Source of the DNA: Octopus bimaculoides
Taxonomy: Eukaryota
DNA length: 52,301 nt
Reading direction: 5' to 3'
Assembly: GCF_001194135.2 (NCBI RefSeq)
Contig: NC_068983.1
Coordinates: 156,617,462-156,669,762 of the forward strand
Part shown: positions 36,861-49,469 of the stretch, piece by piece
How positions within the stretch are numbered: the stretch's first letter is position 1
Layout of the letters: every line of letters begins with the position of its first letter
The notes under the pieces: model-generated
The model's input: the letters and a program-made list of their open reading frames with translations, nothing else
Told to the model about the DNA's origin: nothing
The model's database searches: none
Position numbers and translations under genes: made by a program

Positions 36861-37127
36861 AAGTTCCAGAGTAAATATATATACTAGCTTTTTACATTTA
36901 CGAGGGATGATGATTAAATCAATGATCTGAACGCATATTTAGAAAAATATGAAATATTCGATTATGATTATAATAATATCGGTCACATCTCGAAATTAGA
37001 ATTTGCTACGAAAGTCTCGGAGGCAGCTTTAACATCGAGATAAAACATTCTTACTGTTTCAGTGTCATCTCCAATGTGTAGTCAAGTTTAATATAAAATC
37101 ATGGTTATAATTTCTATGACCAGCTGT

Positions 37128-37320
37128 TACTTGTTTCAATAATTTGACTGCATCCATGCTGGGGCACCGCCATGACGAGTTTTAGTCGAACAAATTGATC
37201 ACAGGACTAATTTTTAAAGCCTACTACTTATTTTGTCGGTCTGTTTTGCCGAACCGATATGATGACGGGGACGCAAACACACCAACAGCAGTGTCCAACC
37301 GGTGATGGAGACAACACAAG
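37128..37320 (-). mobile_element. SINE family A, 3' half
   Basis: TACTTGTTTCA...TTTGACTGC..CCATGCTGG.GCACCGCC...TTTTGCCGAACCG...ACACACC. Confidence 0.85.
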
Positions 37321-37329
37321 CATATGCAT

Positions 37330-37364
<35 letters not shown>

Positions 37365-38288
37365 ACTGTAAATTTATGAATTTTTAAACTTTTTTTAGAT
37401 GTGATTTCTGGGGTAAATATTATGTTTTAAGACACAAGAGAAGGAAATGAAGCAGATTTATCCAACCATTAAGAATGTTAAAAAATTTCAACATATGCTA
37501 CAGTCATTAATATTGACCTCAGACTTGATGCATCCTTACTTCATTAGCTCTGTGATTATGAAAATCCTTTGTTATCTCCCATTCTCAAAATATTCAAAAT
37601 ATAAAGTGCTGTAAAACAACAGAGCAAGGAATTTGGTCTTACACTCTATCCCTTCTGTTATTTTCTATAACTCTATGCAAAAAAGATATAACAAAATGTA
37701 TGGAGAAACTAATACACTGTTGTTTCAGTTGTAGCGAGACTGGAGAAAGACATTAGAAATTATTACCAAAGAAGCACATTGCAAGGAAGCCAACAACTTT
37801 TTGAACGCCAAGATGTGAGCCAATGCCAGAAAGGTTTGTGGGAAGTGAAATTCCGTAACGAAAATTCCAAGCACTGGAACATTTTTAAGATCCTGGCAAA
37901 AGGCCAGATCTTTCCCAACAGAAACTGCCAAAAATATATGCTAAAGCAGAATATGTGGAAACTGAGGCAATAGTGAATCGATTGAAGTTTTCTTTTCTTT
38001 TCTTTAATTTTTTTTTTTTTTGGCTTCCCAAACTAAATTTATTAAAACGTTGGAGGGTTTAGACGATAGGAAACAAGGAATACTCAAGAGAAAAGGTTAT
38101 ATAAACATAATTAATGGGGCCAAAGCAAAGACGACGTGGCCATACCCCTATCCAACTAAATCAAAAAAAATATGTAAGTAGTACGAATATATTTTCAACT
38201 AAGCTCAGGAAATTTGGAGTGTTGATAATGAAACTGTTCTAATAAAGGACAATATATTTCTGATAAAAGAAAACATCCACCACCACTA

Positions 38289-38900
38289 TTGATAGTCTTT
38301 CATATCGAAGGCTTTAGATCTGCAATGAAACCAGATATGTTACCGACTTGTATGACTAAGAGTCACCACATGCAGTGGAAAATTATAATAAACACTGCAG
38401 TGAGTCGTACATGCTCGCTCGACCTGACAACCGACGACAATCACCAAATTATTTGCTATTGCCTTCGGTAGTTGTTAAGTAGGTCCTTATTACTTTGGTT
38501 TCCCTTTTTTTGTCGGTCGGAGCAGCTCTGTTTTTTTTTTACCTCAGTGAACACAGCTGCGAATGTCACCTGTCTCTTGTCAAATGAGAAAGTTGTCTCC
38601 CAACGAGAGATGTCAATAAGAGTTAGAAGGGTAGATTATCAAAGCCAGAAAAATAGCCCTTGGTACACCTACTCAAAACCTACTGCGGTTTAGCTGCTAT
38701 TATAGGAGTTTTGGACCACTCCAACTCTTTTCATTAAAGCCCCATAAACCGATGAATTGGGCAGTTAAAATCCACTGTGTGTGGAATCAGTACTCTTAAC
38801 CTCGAACGTTTAGAGAAAATGCTTCTCGAAAGCTATGTACATGCTTGGATTCGAGCGCTTGGTAGTACAATGAAAGCACGCTAAAGAAATATGTCTGCCG
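38289..38900 (+). mobile_element. Decayed Penelope-like RT core fragment
   Basis: IVFHIEGF (compare FIxFDIxxFYP), LTTDDNHQIICYCLR*LL (compare ITxxDxxIIxHCRKSLL) and NLERLEKML. Confidence 0.55.
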
Positions 38901-39651
38901 AAAACAAGAACAACGCCAAGAGTAACAGAAACAGAATAAAAAAGATCCTTCAAGCAAAAAGAAAATGAGTGCAATCTGAGATTAAAAGCAGAATAAAATA
39001 TTAACCATAGAAAATAAAGTAAACACTATCACGAATACATGAAGAATATTATCCATCATACATAACATCACGAGTAAAAGAAAACCAAGAAACGAAACTG
39101 GAGTTATACTTCTGTATCTAAATTAAAGCTAAATCTGTAACCAACAGCCCGAAAAACTAATACTACAGATGAAATAAAATATAACCAAAAGGGAGTAAAT
39201 TGATTTAAAGATTTTTTTTGTTTTGTTTTTTGTTTGTTTTGTTTTTTTGTTTTCTTTTTTACATTTTATGATTTATACTTTATATATATATATTTTTTGC
39301 GAAATTATATTTTATAAGCTTGAAGTAATTTCAAAATTTCGTAACGCATTATATTCTCTTATTTTCGTTTTTGTTTCGTTTTTGATGCTTTTTAATTAAG
39401 ACATTTTGGTTTGTTGTGCCACCTGTTTAGGATTTTCTTCGGCAAATGAGATTTCAGAATTGATAAAAGAATAATAAAAATACATTATTATTATTATTAT
39501 TATTATTATTGGTGTTATTGATGTTGTTATCGTGGTTATATTTTAAGAGCATACATGCATGCATAAGTCTTTTCGAGAAATATATAAGTAGACAAATATA
39601 AGCAGAGACGTATAGAGTATTGAACACACATTTTCTTCATCACACAGACAG

Positions 39652-39687
<36 letters not shown>

Positions 39688-40625
39688 ACGCAGTCACAGA
39701 CACACACACATGCACACACACACGAGCACTCAAGCTAACACATGCCTATGCACATGAATACTAAAGCAAATACGTGTGTAGCTATATACATGATTATGTA
39801 CATATATAATTATACATACTCATACATATATATACCTATACATGCATATATATAATATATATGTGCGTGTGTGGGTATGCATGCGCGTATGTTTATGTGC
39901 ATATATATATATATATATACACGCATGTATATATGTGTATGTATACATTTACCCACACATGCATATATACACAAATATATATATATGTATATATAAATAT
40001 ATATAGATAGATAAGTAAATAGATTTATACTATATATATGTGTTCATATATACGTGTAATTTAACAAAATATGTTTGTATATATGTGCATATATGCGTGT
40101 AATTTAGCAAAATAATTAATGTTTTAATCCGTGACGTCAGCGAAGAGGAGGAGGCGGATACTAATTAATGTAGCAGTTGCAATGCGTATTATTATTACAA
40201 GTGTAGAAACATATTTTACAAAAACAGTAATACGCTGCTTCATACATACAGAAATGAGACACGAAATAAGAGAAGATGGTGAGAGGGATGGTGAGAGGTA
40301 AATTAAAGAGAAAAAAAGGACACGAAAGAAAGTAAAAAAGGAAGGATAAGAAAGAATGTAGAAATACATGTAACACATAAATAAAGTGTTCCCTGAGTAA
40401 CAGAATCATGTGTACTGCAAAGAAAATTTAATTTACAAATGCACACAAATTCGAAGCCATATGCGCATACGCTGAAATAGAAAGAAAAAAAGAAAGAAAG
40501 AAAGAAAGAATGAAAGAAAGAAAGAAACAAAGAAACAAAGAAATAGAAGAGAAACAAAGAACAAAAAAGAAAGATAAAAGGCAGAAAGTAAGCAAGAAGA
40601 CAGACAGACAGGGAGAAAGACAGGG

Positions 40626-40656
<31 letters not shown>

Positions 40657-42284
40657 ATATTAGTATGGAAGAACGAGTGAAAGAACTAACAAGAAAAAAT
40701 GCTACGAAAAATAAAACTGATAATGAATTAAATAAGGTAGCAAAAAGAGTGAAATTCTTGAGCTGAAGAAAGAAAGCAACAAAGTTTCAAAATATCATTT
40801 AAAGAAGAGAAAGAATAAAAAATAGATAAAAACGTATGTTGAATAAAATGACTGCGTGCTTACGATTATACATTAACGAGCAATCAATATTTCTTTAAAC
40901 TTCAACGATTTTCAAAATCTGTCAAATGATGGAATCCGTTATTTTGGAAAAATTAACCACGCAGTGATGCGGTTGATGTGAAAAATAAATATATAAGCTG
41001 GCCAATATTTTTTGTGTTTTTTTTTTCTATTTCTTTGTCATGGGTTGTTGCGCTTTTTACCCTTTATTTACTTAATATCAAAAGACATACGATAGAATGA
41101 GTCACTGTAAATAAAGTTAATAATTAAAATTTTAAAGGCATATCGTCAACACTTTATTAACTAGATTAGTCGTGTCTTGCTAACAAGGGTTTTCAAAAAT
41201 ACATACATATAAGAAAATGAGAAAATAGAGATAAATTTAATTAATAATTATATTTATTAATTACAAAAGTAGACATAATCTCTGACAGATGTTTCGATTC
41301 AGTTTTTAAAAATTAATTAAAATAATTAAATAATTATAAATTTGTATCTCGTCCGAGGTAGAAAATAGGTATACNNNNNNNNNNNNNNNNNNNNNNNNNN
41401 NNNNNNNNNNNNNNNNNNNNNNNNNNNNNNNNNNNNNNNNNNNNNNNNNNNNNNNNNNNNNNNNNNNNNNNNNNNNNNNNNNNNNNNNNNNNNNNNNNNN
41501 NNNNNNNNNNNNNNNNNNNNNNNNNNNNNNNNNNNNNNNNNNNNNNNNNNNNNNNNNNNNNNNNNNNNNAACAGAGGACATATTTAAATTCATAAAGGGA
41601 CTAGTTCAACCAAGAAAACACTGGTTCTCTACCAAATATATTTGGGGTAATTAAAATGTCCCTAAATCAGTAGGTATATATTATGCATGTAATCCGTATT
41701 CGCTTAATAGCAGAAAAGAAAATAGAAAGTTGAAACTTCATAAATATTTATTAATAAAATGGTACTTCATATATCTTATAGCTGTTTCAATTGTGCTTAT
41801 TAAATCAATCACAAATTTATGGTTTAAATTTGCATTTATAGTGTATAAACATAATCTCATCAGGAAAAAGATATACAATAAAAGATTGCATGTTGACCTC
41901 TTGGTTCATACTGGCAGACTAAGTGTATGAAGTCATTCTGTTTTTATTTGTGTGCGTGAGGTATAACGGATTAATTTGAATATAATAAGAAATAAATTGA
42001 AATAAGTTAGAATAAAATAAAGTAATATAAAAAGTAAATACATAAAAAATAATAAATGTTATAAAATATAAAATAATTAAGATAAAAATAAATATAAAGT
42101 AAATGAATAAATAAATGTAGAACAAATAGAATTAGAAAGAATAGAATAGACTATGTATTGATCAGTGCCCATTGGCTGGAGAAATTTTAATTAGTTTACA
42201 TGTGGTTAAGCGTTTCAGAAAATATCAAATCATAACGGCTTCACAATGTATGCGTGTGTGTGGAATTATATAATAATAAAAGAC

Positions 42285-43135
42285 ACACGAACGAACCTAA
42301 TAAAGGTATTAAAAGAAATCGAAAAATAACCGATGAAAGTATCTGGTTTAATCCGATATTTAATTCACAAGTAAAATCCAAATTTTTTCGCAGCATTAAA
42401 TAGACACTTCCCCAAATCTTCCAAACATCACAAAATCTTAAACAGACACAATGTAAAACTAGCATACGCAAAACTAAATAACACAAAACTAAATAGAATA
42501 AAATCAGAGGAGGTACATAAACTAACCACGGCTAACAGAACTGTATACAATGATAGAATGGTGGAAAAAATTGGTAGTAAAATGTCATCAATAGCAAAAA
42601 CAGATCCGAACAATATCACACAATTAGAAGTACAATACATAGATAAGGAAAATGAGTGCACGATTACGAGAGGAAAAAGGAAGAGGACCACCAATAGTAA
42701 ATCCACAATACAAAGGCAAAAAATAGTATCATGTGTAACTTCAGACGTAAAGACGAATGCAGATTCAGCAACAATTGCATGATATGGAATGTAGTGTACA
42801 AATGAGAGGTGAAGGCAAATACGCAGAAATGTTTACATTGTTAGTACCGCTAACACCATGAAAAATCGTGTGAGAAACCATCACTCCTCGTTTTCCAACA
42901 TAAATAAAAAAACACTCTAAATCTTTGTCTAACTTCGTCTGGCGGTTTAAACAGAATGGATACACAACCCACTGGTCAATTATAAAAAAATGCTACACCT
43001 TTTAACGGGACTTCATGAGTATGCAACATATGCCCTGAAGAAATCCTGGAAATAATAGTATCCAAAGAAAACGTGATAAACAGATACTCTGAGATGGTCA
43101 TATCATGCAAGCAGGGAAATAAAATATCATTCATG
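42285..43135 (+). mobile_element. Penelope-like element 3' part: linker, CxC and complete GIY-YIG region (best-preserved copy)
   Basis: SIWFNPIFNSQVK, LNRHFPKSSKHHKILNRHNVKLAY, CNFRRKDECRFSNNCMIWNVVYK*EV, VYIVSTANTMKNRVRNHHSSF, LSNFVWRFK and CNICPEEILEII...VINRYSEMVISCK. Frameshifted. Confidence 0.82.
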
Positions 43136-43371
43136 GGATTTGAAAAAATGATAGAAGAGTGAAGGAACCCAAACTAATAATTGAAAATACCACTGCTTAA
43201 GATGACACACACTACTACAGCAGCAGAAACAGTGAAAAGTTCACCATAAAAGTGGTGGTATCAATCAATGTAGTTAACAAATCCAACTATATAACAACTG
43301 ACCACCTCTTAGGTTCAGAATTTATTGAGGAGAGCCATGTCTTGAATGAAATAGAACAAAGAAATATACTG

Positions 43372-43425
43372 CCATCGTTAAATCTGCTGAATGAATGACC
43401 ATCCTTAAAATCTGCAGAATGAATG
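43372..43425. repeat. Diverged 27-bp tandem duplication
   Basis: CCATCGTTAAATCTGCTGAATGAATGA / CCATCCTTAAAATCTGCAGAATGAATG. Confidence 0.9.
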
Positions 43426-44413
43426 TTAAGTAAATCCACCACACACACCACCATCCCATTGTAAATTTGCATCTCGTAAGTACATACAGAAATACTCACA
43501 TAGCTAGATTGGCCTTCATACTGGCAAGAAGGGTTAGTCATCGTTCTGTGATTCATCGAATAATACGCTATAGCCTGATGAAATTGATCAATGATAATAC
43601 CCACGGATCATACGGATTATACTGTACTAATTGCAAGGATACAGACTCTGATGTTGAAATCATCTGATCAGTGGAAACGTACGTAGTGATGTATTAAATA
43701 TTTATAAATTTCATCCTGATAGTATTATTATTATCATTATATTTTTGCACATTATATCGGTATAACCATGATGCAACACCGAAAATCTGACTAACTAATC
43801 AGTATCATTGAACGGTAGTCAGCATAATGAAATAGGAGAGGTATTTGCATACCTCTAACGTTACGTAACAAATTTGAAAGATAATGAAGTAAGTTGAACC
43901 AAACAGTGATCATTGCTATTTATACAACTCGATGCCACTAATAATAAGACAGTCCAGGCCCCAATCATGCGGCTACTCCGAGAGCAATTTAGAATGGTTT
44001 GTTATATTAGACCCTAGTCGAAAATTCTGTCACTGTGCATCACTTCTTGCATGTGTATTCTGGAGAAAGCTCAAATAAAAGCAAATACGTTCAGGCAGAT
44101 TCTTCTTTTTAGACGACTGCCTAATTGTAAGAATTTTTGTTTACATTTTATTGGTTCATTCAGTTAAATATCACAGCTATTGATGAAACATTTAGTATGT
44201 ATATAGTATATATATTTATTCTTACATTTACATCTTCCCAAAAATTCCCAGAACATTAATAATTTATAAACTTAAATGAAGTGAATTGATGGATATGATT
44301 GATTTGACAAGACATACACATATATAACATATATATAACATATATATATAATCAATCCAAACATGAACAAGCAACAACGTGAGTACGTGGAATACGTACA
44401 GTGTTATTGGACG

Positions 44414-44452
<39 letters not shown>

Positions 44453-44661
44453 NNNNNNNNNNNNNNNNNNNNNNNNNNNNNNNNNNNNNNNNNNNNNNNN
44501 NNNNNNNNNNNNNNNNNNNNNNNNNNNNNNNNNNNNNNNNNNNNNNNNNNNNNNNNNNNNNNNNNNNNNNNNNNNNNNNNNNNNNNNNNNNNNNNNNNNN
44601 NNNNNNNNNNNNNNNNNNNNNNNNNNNNNNNNNNNNNNNNNNNNNNNNNNNNNNNNNNNNN

Positions 44662-44694
<33 letters not shown>

Positions 44695-44698
<4 letters not shown>

Positions 44699-45245
44699 AT
44701 AGCGTAGTGGTTAGGTGTTGCACTCACGATTGAGAGTGCGGTTTCGATTCCCAGACCGGGCGTTGCGTTGTATTCTTGAGCAAAGCACTTCATCTCGCGT
44801 TGCTTTGTGATCATTTCGTCATTTGACATGTGGCACACGGAGAACCTGTACAGGTAACGTTGATTTGATGGAGGGAGTGAGCTTATGTGAACATAGACAA
44901 ATGATCACTACAAACAAAATCATTTCTGTGGTTATTCGGCAGTCGCTTTACGACGGGAGAGTCCATGATATATACACAACACATAAACAAACATACATAT
45001 TCGTACACACATTTGTGTATATACAAAAATATACGTAAATATATGCACACACATACGAACGCGCGCACGAATGCACGAACACACACACACACACACACAC
45101 ACATATTATACTGTGTTTGAGGAGAGTCATTCTGTTTTAATGCCTTATTAATTAACACACTCACGGGTTCGATTTCCACTCGCTTACTTATTTATTTTTT
45201 CTAAACTTTTCATTGTTTCTTGCAACCTCTTTGACTGTCCGTTTT
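44695..45245 (+). mobile_element. tRNA-headed SINE-like element, type D; 3' boundary uncertain
   Basis: A-box-like TAGCGTAGTGG and B-box-like GTTTCGATTCC, then TTCTTGAGCAAAGCACTT, which resembles conserved SINE core segments. Confidence 0.65.
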
Positions 45246-46926
45246 CGGAGCTGCGTTCGTTTTGTTTGCTTTTTTATGTGCATGATGTGTGCGTCCATGT
45301 GTATATACACTTATGTATGCATACGTATGTGTGCCTGCATATACATAGGTATGCGTGTGTGTATGTTTGAATGAATGTGTTCGGGGTATTCGTGTGTCTG
45401 TGTGTTCATGTTTGTGCTTGTCTGTGTGTGTGTGTTTGCGCGCGCGTTTGTATGCGTGTGTGTATGTGTGTGTGCGTGTATTTGTGTGTGTACCTCCGTC
45501 ACCTTGTCTATGCATGTTTGAGTGTTTCTATGTGTATGGGTTTATGTGATTATGTACGTAAATCTGTTATGTATGGATGTGTCTCGGTATACATATGTAT
45601 GTGTATATNNNNNNNNNNNNNNNNNNNNNNNNNNNNNNNNNNNNNNNNNNNNNNNNNNNNNNNNNNNNNNNNNNNNNNNNNNNNNNNNNNNNNNNNNNNN
45701 NNNNNNNNNNNNNNNNNNNNNNNNNNNNNNNNNNNNNNNNNNNNNNNNNNNNNNNNNNNNNNNNNNNNNNNNNNNNNNNNNNNNNNNNNNNNNNNNNNNN
45801 NNNNNNNNNNNNNNNNNNNNNNNNNNNNNNNNNNNNNNNNNNNNNNNNNNNNNNNNNNNNNNNNNNNNNNNNNNNNNNNNNNNNNNNNNNNNNNNNNNNN
45901 NNNNNNNNNNNNNNNNNNNNNNNNNNNNNNNNNNNNNNNNNNNNNNNNNNNNNNNNNNNNNNNNNNNNNNNNNNNNNNNNNNNNNNNNNNNNNNNNNNNN
46001 NNNNNNNNNNNNNNNNNNNNNNNNNNNNNNNNNNNNNNNNNNNNNNNNNNNNNNNNNNNNNNNNNNNNNNNNNNNNNNNNNNNNNNNNNNNNNNNNNNNN
46101 NNNNNNNNNNNNNNNNNNNNNNNNNNNNNNNNNNNNNNNNNNNNNNNNNNNNNNNNNNNNNNNNNNNNNNNNNNNNNNNNNNNNNNNNNNNNNNNNNNNN
46201 NNNNNNNNNNNNNNNNNNNNNNNNNNNNNNNNNNNNNNNNNNNNNNNNNNNNNNNNNNNNNNNNNNNNNNNNNNNNNNNNNNNNNNNNNNNNNNNNNNNN
46301 NNNNNNNNNNNNNNNNNNNNNNNNNNNNNNNNNNNNNNNNNNNNNNNNNNNNNNNNNNNNNNNNNNNNNNNNNNNNNNNNNNNNNNNNNNNNNNNNNNNN
46401 NNNNNNNNNNNNNNNNNNNNNNNNNNNNNNNNNNNNNNNNNNNNNNNNNNNNNNNNNNNNNNNNNNNNNNNNNNNNNNNNNNNNNNNNNNNNNNNNNNNN
46501 TATATATATATGCACACATCCATATATATATATATTTCTGCATACATACATACATACACACATACATACATAATACATACATACATACATACATAGACAT
46601 ATGTGTAATAGAGAGAATATAATGAAGCCGATTAAAAATATCTGGAATATAAGGAAATTTTCCATGGGAACGTTTATATACTACTTGGAGGTATTATTTT
46701 TCTTCAGCCTTAATAGTGAAATTTATAATCATCACTACATCATATCCCTTATATTTATGTATTTTGAACACTTTTATTTTTACCTTTCAACAGAATATGC
46801 TCTTCTTAAAATCTGTAATTAGACCGATATACTATATTAGAATTTTTGCCTGGTCTTTTCGTTTATGCTAAACCCTGTCAAAGAGAAAAACAGATAGAGA
46901 GCGGGGACAGAGAGAGAGAGAGGGAG

Positions 46927-46965
<39 letters not shown>

Positions 46966-48000
46966 AGAGATGGTCTGTCTACTAATTGGTCATGCAATCT
47001 CAATCGATCGGTTTCTTCATCTGACTATATTACATATGTGATGCCTCGTAATATTTCTTACTTAGTATGCTGGATACTGAGTTGTGATAATTTACCTACG
47101 TTACACAAATTTCACACAGCTTTTATATTGATATGTATCGTCATGCTAATAATTTGACTTATCTGTTTTGATTTTTTTCAATATCCCTGATGTTATCAAC
47201 TATCAAGATCCATATAAGTCCACAATGATTGCGTCATTATGTTATGTATTATTCCATAATGAAACAATCGAAAACATAATTTCCCTCTTTTCTGCTCAGT
47301 TCGAACTATTCTTTCATATTAGTATTATCGACAGCATACTCATTTGACTTATCCACTATGAGAGTTTTTTTTCTTTCAATTGCCTTTGATAATCTTCAGT
47401 TACCCACAGTTACACGTATTTTCTTTCCTTCCAAAAATGATTTTCACACGCACCTATAATCATGACAAACTGTAGGTTTACAATTTCTATGACGTTTAAC
47501 TGAATACTTTGGGCAACTTTTTTTCCTTTCGGGAACTATGTCACACATTTAAAATGCTGATAAAACATCACAGTGGTATCCGGAGTTCGAGATTCTTTTA
47601 TTAATTTAAATTATCATTTTAATGAATTTTGATCCTATGATGAAATTTTGAATTTAATTCTATTTGCATATTTATTTATCTATTTTGGTAGACATGAAAA
47701 GTAGAGTCATCATTTGAACCCCTCATCAACGATGAAGTATCAAACACAATTTATTCACAGCAAATCAAATGTTCAAGTTTATACTGTGACATTTTCTTTT
47801 ATAAAAAAATCGGAAAATTGACTGACTTTGAGGATGCAATTACCCGGAAAGAAATACAGTGGATAGGACTATATATATACATACATATAGATATATATGT
47901 GTGTGATTGTTTGTACTTGTGTCTTTGTGCGCGCATTTGTGTGCGTGTACTTATGCACACACACAAACATATATATATATATGTGAATATATGTATGTAT

Positions 48001-48365
48001 AGTGGAGGCGCAATGGCCCAGTGGTTAGGGCAGCGCCGTTTCGATTCCCAGACCGGGCGTTGTGAGTGTTTATTGAATGAAAACACCTAAAGCTTCACAA
48101 GGCTCCGGTAGGGTATGGTGGCGAACCCTGCTGTACTCTTTCACCACAATTTTCTCTCACTCATATTTTCTGTTTCTGCTGTGCCTGTAATTCAAATGGT
48201 CAGTCTTGTCACAATGTGTCACACTGAATATCCCCGAGAACTACGTTAAGGGTACACGTGTCTGTGGAGTGCTCGGCCACTTACACGTTAATTTCACGAG
48301 CAGGCTGTTCCGTTGATCGGATAAACTGGAACCCTCGATGTCGTAAGCGACGGAGTGTAAACAAC
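48001..48365 (+). mobile_element. SINE family B, with a deletion of about 20 bp between the A and B boxes
   Basis: AGTGGAGGCGCAATGGCCCAGTGG...TTTCGATTCCC...GGAACCCTCGATGTCGTAAGCGACGGAGTG; reverse-complement match to 6680-7069. Confidence 0.9.
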
Positions 48366-48849
48366 ACATGTATGTATATATGTATATACGTATGAACAGA
48401 AGAAACAGTGTATACGAGGAACAGTTTTCTTTTTTCAGTGTTATAAAAGAAACACAACTATGGTTTAATTTGATCATTCTTATCAAAGTTTTTGCCTGTC
48501 TGCTTTGAAGACTCTTNNNNNNNNNNNNNNNNNNNNNNNNNNNNNNNNNNNNNNNNNNNNGTATTTATGTATCTATCTATGTACGTATGTATATATGTAT
48601 GCATGTATGCATACAGGCATGTATGTATGTATGTATGTACGTATGTATGTATATATGTATATACGTATGAACAGAAGAAACAGTGTATACGAGGAACAGT
48701 TTTCTTTTTTCAGTGTTATAAAAGAAACACAACTATGGTTTAATTTGATCATTCTTATCAAAGTTTTTGCCTGTCTGCTTTGAAGACTCTTATGGTTCGT
48801 TTAGAACAATAAAATTCCCGAATCGAATTCCCGAATCAAATTTAACCTC

Positions 48850-49250
48850 GCTTCCAGATTATCTTAGCCCAAGGGTGTGGACTGGTCTTGTCCTCTGTGC
48901 TGCCCTTTTTATCATAGGCAATTTATGTTTATGAGGGCATTTTTCCAAAATCAGATTGCTAAGAGTTCTCCGTTATCAGATTAGTATTTTTCGCGCTTGT
49001 ATGTAGTAGAATGATTTCAGTCTTGCGTTACACTAGTTTAGCTCCCATAAACAATCTTCTATATCTATTGGGAATTATTTTCAACTAATATATTCATATC
49101 TAGCTTTATTTTATCGTGTGGGTGGTTAGTGTGTGGTAATTTATCCTTGTTTTAAGTGCATGATGAGACTACGACAGAATGTTGTACTTGTCTGGTCAAT
49201 GTAACAGTTGGAATCGTGAAGTTTACAGCATTAACTAAGCATCAAATTTA
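48850..49250 (-). mobile_element. Decayed Penelope-like RT C-terminal and linker fragment
   Basis: NAVNFTIPTVTL, HTNHPHDKI and AKIIW (compare VNFLDVTL, SNHPxxI, RKIIW). Confidence 0.45.
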
Positions 49251-49469
49251 TATATTACAACGGTAAAAGTGAATCAGTGGATTTACATGCGGGAGAGGTG
49301 TAGCTAATAAGGAGGATTGCAAGCGTACTGGCTTTTGTAAAATAATACTGGCATCAGCTTTTGGTATGCTGTGGCGCACTTTGTGTTTGGTTATATGATT
49401 TTAAATTATACGCTCACCTATTCTGTTCTTAAGTGTTTCCTATTTTCTATCGGGTTTCGGGATTTGAAA

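Noticed and set aside
37730-37970. RTE-type RT N-terminal fragment (EANNFLNAKM..RKVCG..EIP..FQAL)
   Set aside because: The resemblance needs several frameshifts over a short span and is too weak to call.
42800-42806. In-frame TGA in VVYK*EV as a selenocysteine codon
   Set aside because: Selenoprotein PLEs are reported for the permuted Naiad clade. This copy has C-terminal endonuclease order and several frameshifts, so simple decay is the likelier cause and no SECIS was recognised.
627-46665. Long ORFs of 100-400 aa containing X-runs or YI/CV/THT/MYVC repeats
   Set aside because: They are produced by N-gaps and di- or tetranucleotide microsatellites and carry no coding signal.
6680-48365. 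tRNA genes at SINE heads
   Set aside because: A and B boxes are present, but there is no full cloverleaf and each continues into a SINE body.
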